The position numbers and the translations under genes were made by a program. A model generated the notes under the pieces. The model had not been told where the DNA came from. It did not search any database and was given only the letters and a program-made list of their open reading frames with translations. A stretch of DNA of 10,555 nucleotides, from positions 1 to 10,555 of the forward strand of contig JAYSWN010000114.1 of assembly GCA_043718025.1 (NCBI GenBank), given 5' to 3'. Below are positions 7,509-10,555 of the stretch, in pieces. The number at the start of each line of letters is the position of its first letter. The first letter of the stretch is position 1. The stretch comes from Pseudomonadota bacterium (GTDB lineage Bacteria > Bdellovibrionota > FAC87 > UBA2466).

Positions 7509-8980
7509 GGGTTCTCTTAAGTTTGGCGTTAACGGCAAGTTTTGCTCAAGCCGCCGGCGAAATAAAGAGTGATGTTGAGGCGAGCCCCTTTCGGATCTCA
7601 ACTCAGGGACACGGCATGTTCTTGAATTCGACCGACAACGAAGATTCTTTGGCCCGCGCTGCTTATAATCTGCTGCACGAGAATAAGGTTTCTGCGGAGT
7701 TCAAAGACGTGCAAGCCGATCTCACCTTCACCAACCGATGGAATCCCAACGGAAACAAAGAGAACAATTCTTTCTTCACGGTAGAAAAGAAAACCCTGAG
7801 TCACGCTTGGTCCGACGGTAAAGTAGAAGCCGGAGACAGCCATCAGGAGCTGGGGCGGGGTATCGCGCTTTCGCTCTATCGCGATAGCGCTTTTGGCGTC
7901 GACAATACCCTCGAAGGAGTCGCGCTTAAACAGAGCCTTGGGCAGGTGAAGGTGAGCGCATTGGCCGGACGAATCAACAGCCTAAACAATCCGGTAGCGT
8001 TGAATCCCATCACCAATCCCCTTTTAAATCGTAACGTCTGGTTAGCCGGTGCGCAAAGCACCGTAAAAGCGACCAAGGACGTAGAGATCGGTGGGCACTA
8101 CTTATTTTCTGCAAACAAGCCGAACGACGCTTCCGATATCGATAAAAAGTGGCACACCGCCGGCATCGTGTTGGCTTGCAATGGCTTGGCTAATGCGATC
8201 GATCTTTACGGCGAAACCAACGTACTGCTCACTGAAGGCGCCGGCGCCAATCAAGTGAGCTACCCCACGGGCAATGGAAGCTACTTATCTGCCGCTTGGT
8301 CCGAAGAGAGCTGGCGGGTTAAGGCCGAGGTAAAAGATTACCGAAAGTTTTACTACGACTTTCGTCGCCCGCCGACGTTAGAAGACGACGTCGTAGTAAC
8401 GCTAAACACTCAAGACGTCACTGCCGCACGTTTTGCCGTAGAGCGCGGCTTGGGATTAAAGACTAATGTGTACGCCTCGTTCTTAGCCGGGCACGATCGA
8501 ATCGAAGAGGGCGACCTGCGCCACGGCATCATCGGTGGAAAATGGTTGGGCCCTTTGCGATCGGCTTTTGAAGCCAAGCTTGGATACCGATGGGTGGTTG
8601 GCCATAGCAACCTCACCCACGGCGGTTTGAAACTTAAAGTTCCCACCTTTAAGGGCCAGTCGGCCGAATTTGAATACCGCAAGCAAATTGGAAACAAAGA
8701 TTTGAATCGCTACCGCATCATCGAAGATCGCAATCAAACCACGGTTGGCTACAACTTTAACGAACAATGGAACGCCGGCGTAGGCTACGAATTTCTTCCC
8801 ACCGCCCCGCCCGAGGCGCAGGCCCACTTCTTTAATGTTAACGGCACTTACAAAACGGGCGCCTTTATTACTAAGGCATTTGTCGGGCAGACGAGCGGCG
8901 GCACTTTGTGCTCGGCCGGAGTTTGCCGCCAAGTTCCACCCTTTTCTGGAGCTTACCTCGAAGGCACTTATCAGTTCTGA
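7505..8980 (+). CDS. DUF6029-like outer-membrane beta-barrel protein with a C-terminal Cx4C motif
   Basis: Signal peptide (AFAQA-type end: SFAQA), amphipathic beta-strands and terminal YQF barrel signature. GDSHQELGRGIALSLY...GVDNTLEG, PPTL and GGTLCSAGVCRQVPPFSG match motifs I recall for DUF6029. ATGA overlap with the upstream gene. Confidence 0.8.
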   Translation: MRVLLSLALTASFAQAAGEIKSDVEASPFRISTQGHGMFLNSTDNEDSLARAAYNLLHENKVSAEFKDVQADLTFTNRWNPNGNKENNSFFTVEKKTLSHAWSDGKVEAGDSHQELGRGIALSLYRDSAFGVDNTLEGVALKQSLGQVKVSALAGRINSLNNPVALNPITNPLLNRNVWLAGAQSTVKATKDVEIGGHYLFSANKPNDASDIDKKWHTAGIVLACNGLANAIDLYGETNVLLTEGAGANQVSYPTGNGSYLSAAWSEESWRVKAEVKDYRKFYYDFRRPPTLEDDVVVTLNTQDVTAARFAVERGLGLKTNVYASFLAGHDRIEEGDLRHGIIGGKWLGPLRSAFEAKLGYRWVVGHSNLTHGGLKLKVPTFKGQSAEFEYRKQIGNKDLNRYRIIEDRNQTTVGYNFNEQWNAGVGYEFLPTAPPEAQAHFFNVNGTYKTGAFITKAFVGQTSGGTLCSAGVCRQVPPFSGAYLEGTYQF

Positions 8981-9014
8981 ACTCCGCTCACTGCCAACCA
9001 CAATCACGGATACC

Positions 9015-9051
9015 AAATAGAAACGGCGTAGCGGAAGCTCCGCCACGCCGT
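9015..9051 (-). terminator. Probable intrinsic terminator for korAB between convergent genes
   Basis: Minus strand ACGGCGTGGCGGA-GCT-TCCGCTACGCCGT (13-bp stem including one G-U pair that forms only on this strand) followed by TTCTATTT. Confidence 0.6.
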
Positions 9052-9072
9052 GAAAAAAAAGAAACGCGGGGG

Positions 9073-10101
9073 CTATCGCCAAGAAGCGTTCAGTTTCTTG
9101 ATCGGCTCTGGCCCAGGATCAAGGTCTTTATCCCCAAGTTTGTACAACGGGGTGTCGCCAAAATTATTGAGCTCAGAGAAGTCAGGTTGTTCAGCTCTGA
9201 AATAAAGCAGACCGGTCATCGTGTGCCCCGCATCGTAAGACTCGCTAATGGCAGTCAGCGCGCCCATTTTATTGGTAGGGTCGAAGTCTTTTCCCAATTT
9301 TTTAAGGGTTAAACTTGAACCGTCGTGCAGCTCAATGCTGCGCATCTCGCCCTCTTTCATTTCAACGGTAATCTCTTCTTGAGGCGGAATGTACCCTAGC
9401 TCATGAATGGGCTGATCTCGTTCTTTGGCCGAGGTGTAACTCATGGTGCTGCCTTCGTGGTTATTGAAGGTCACGCAAGGGCTAATGATGTCGATGATGG
9501 CGATGCCTTTATGAGATTCGGCGGCCTTTAAGAGTGACATCATCTGCTTGCGATCGCCCGAGAAAGAGCGCGCTACGAACGTGGCACCCAATTCAATCGC
9601 CAGCGCGCAACAATCGATATGGGGATAAGGGTTTTCCCACCCCTTTTTTGCTTTCGAACCCTTGTCGGCGGTCGCGGAGAACTGTCCCTTGGTCAAACCA
9701 TAGGTGCCGTTGTTTTCGATGATGTACGTCATGTCTAAATTGCGCCGAATTAAATGAATAAATTGGCCAATTCCGATGCTCGCCGTATCGCCGTCTCCCG
9801 AAATACCAATCGCGTGCAGAGTGTGGTTTGCCACCTTGGTTCCGGTAATTACGGAAGGCATGCGACCGTGAACGGTATTAAAGCCATGACCACGTCCGAT
9901 AAAGTAGGCCGGGGTTTTGCTTGAACACCCAATGCCCGAAATCTTAACCACCTCATGCGGCGGCACCGCGAGATCGTAGTAAGACTGGATGATCGACGCC
10001 GTGATTGAATCGTGACCGCACCCTTTACAGAGGGTGGATGGACTACCGGAGTATTCGGCTTTGCCTAACCCGATGCGATTGCAGTTTGTTTGGGTTTCCA
10101 T
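9073..10101 (-). CDS. korB: 2-oxoacid:ferredoxin oxidoreductase beta subunit
   Basis: STLCKGCGH, SGIGCSSK, VHGRMP, TPP-binding GDGD...ENNGTYGLTKGQFS and SPCVTFN motifs. Confidence 0.95.
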   Translation of the reverse strand: METQTNCNRIGLGKAEYSGSPSTLCKGCGHDSITASIIQSYYDLAVPPHEVVKISGIGCSSKTPAYFIGRGHGFNTVHGRMPSVITGTKVANHTLHAIGISGDGDTASIGIGQFIHLIRRNLDMTYIIENNGTYGLTKGQFSATADKGSKAKKGWENPYPHIDCCALAIELGATFVARSFSGDRKQMMSLLKAAESHKGIAIIDIISPCVTFNNHEGSTMSYTSAKERDQPIHELGYIPPQEEITVEMKEGEMRSIELHDGSSLTLKKLGKDFDPTNKMGALTAISESYDAGHTMTGLLYFRAEQPDFSELNNFGDTPLYKLGDKDLDPGPEPIKKLNASWR

Positions 10102-10103
10102 GA

Positions 10104-10555
10104 TTAGTTCATCCCTAACTTGGTTTTGAGGTTGCCTTCAATGAAGTCTGCCGAAATGGGAAAGCCGCCGTAATACAAAATTGATTTCAATTTGCTCTGG
10201 TAGCCCGGCAGATCCACTTCGATCAACTGCTTCATCTGGCCATCGCGGTTTTGCTCGACCACAAAGACCTGATCGCAGCTCTTAATAAAGTCTTCTACCT
10301 CGGAGCAAAGTGGGTAGCTGCGCAAACGCATGTACTTAATGTCGACCGCCTTATTGCGATCTAACATTTCAACCACCGCGTGGTGAGTGGTGCCGTAGGC
10401 AATCACGCCGATTTTAGCTTTGGCGTCACCGGTAACGATTGGCTTGGGCACATGTTTCTTCGCGGTATGCCACTTTTTAAGCAAGCGATCCATATTACGA
10501 ATGTAGGTGTGAGGGCTTTCGGTGTAGCGGCCGTACTCATCGTGGCCAGTGCCGC
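10104..10555 (-). CDS. korA: 2-oxoacid:acceptor oxidoreductase alpha subunit, C-terminal part (5' end outside the window)
   Basis: Frame is open to the window edge (GTGHDEYGRYTESPHTYIRNMDRLLKKW...), with IGVIAYGTT, VFVVEQNRDGQM and YYGGFPISA motifs; stop codon 2 bp before the korB ATG. Confidence 0.93.
   Translation of the reverse strand, partial: GTGHDEYGRYTESPHTYIRNMDRLLKKWHTAKKHVPKPIVTGDAKAKIGVIAYGTTHHAVVEMLDRNKAVDIKYMRLRSYPLCSEVEDFIKSCDQVFVVEQNRDGQMKQLIEVDLPGYQSKLKSILYYGGFPISADFIEGNLKTKLGMN

Noticed and set aside
9073..10555. KorAB as electron donor for the thioredoxin/barrel operon
   Set aside because: It is a convergent, separately terminated housekeeping unit in the cytoplasm, and no DsbD/CcdA link is present in the window.
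1..10555. CRISPR array, tRNA, rRNA or transposase
   Set aside because: No regularly spaced direct repeats, cloverleaf, rRNA-like sequence or transposase ORF seen.

Overview
Bacterial chromosomal window of roughly 50% GC. The protein styles suggest a Bdellovibrionota/Oligoflexia-like organism, but this is inference. The minus strand at left carries a secreted trypsin-fold protein whose catalytic Ser is replaced by Thr (GDTGGP), a 752-aa secreted Gly/Pro-rich hypothetical protein with a candidate sigma-54 promoter, and a class 1/2-type aldehyde dehydrogenase. Divergently on the plus strand is a compact three-gene envelope operon: a CxxC thioredoxin-fold lipoprotein, a TlpA-family CxxC reductase and a DUF6029-like outer-membrane beta-barrel ending in a Cx4C motif. 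This operon is the best candidate for an uncharacterised system, possibly a thiol-redox relay across the outer membrane. The right end holds korB and the 3' part of korA (2-oxoacid:ferredoxin oxidoreductase). Intergenic DNA is rich in palindromes: a CGTC-type REP, two long inverted-repeat elements (27-bp and 25-bp perfect arms), and a highly structured 470-bp spacer. All family assignments come from motif recognition, not database searches.
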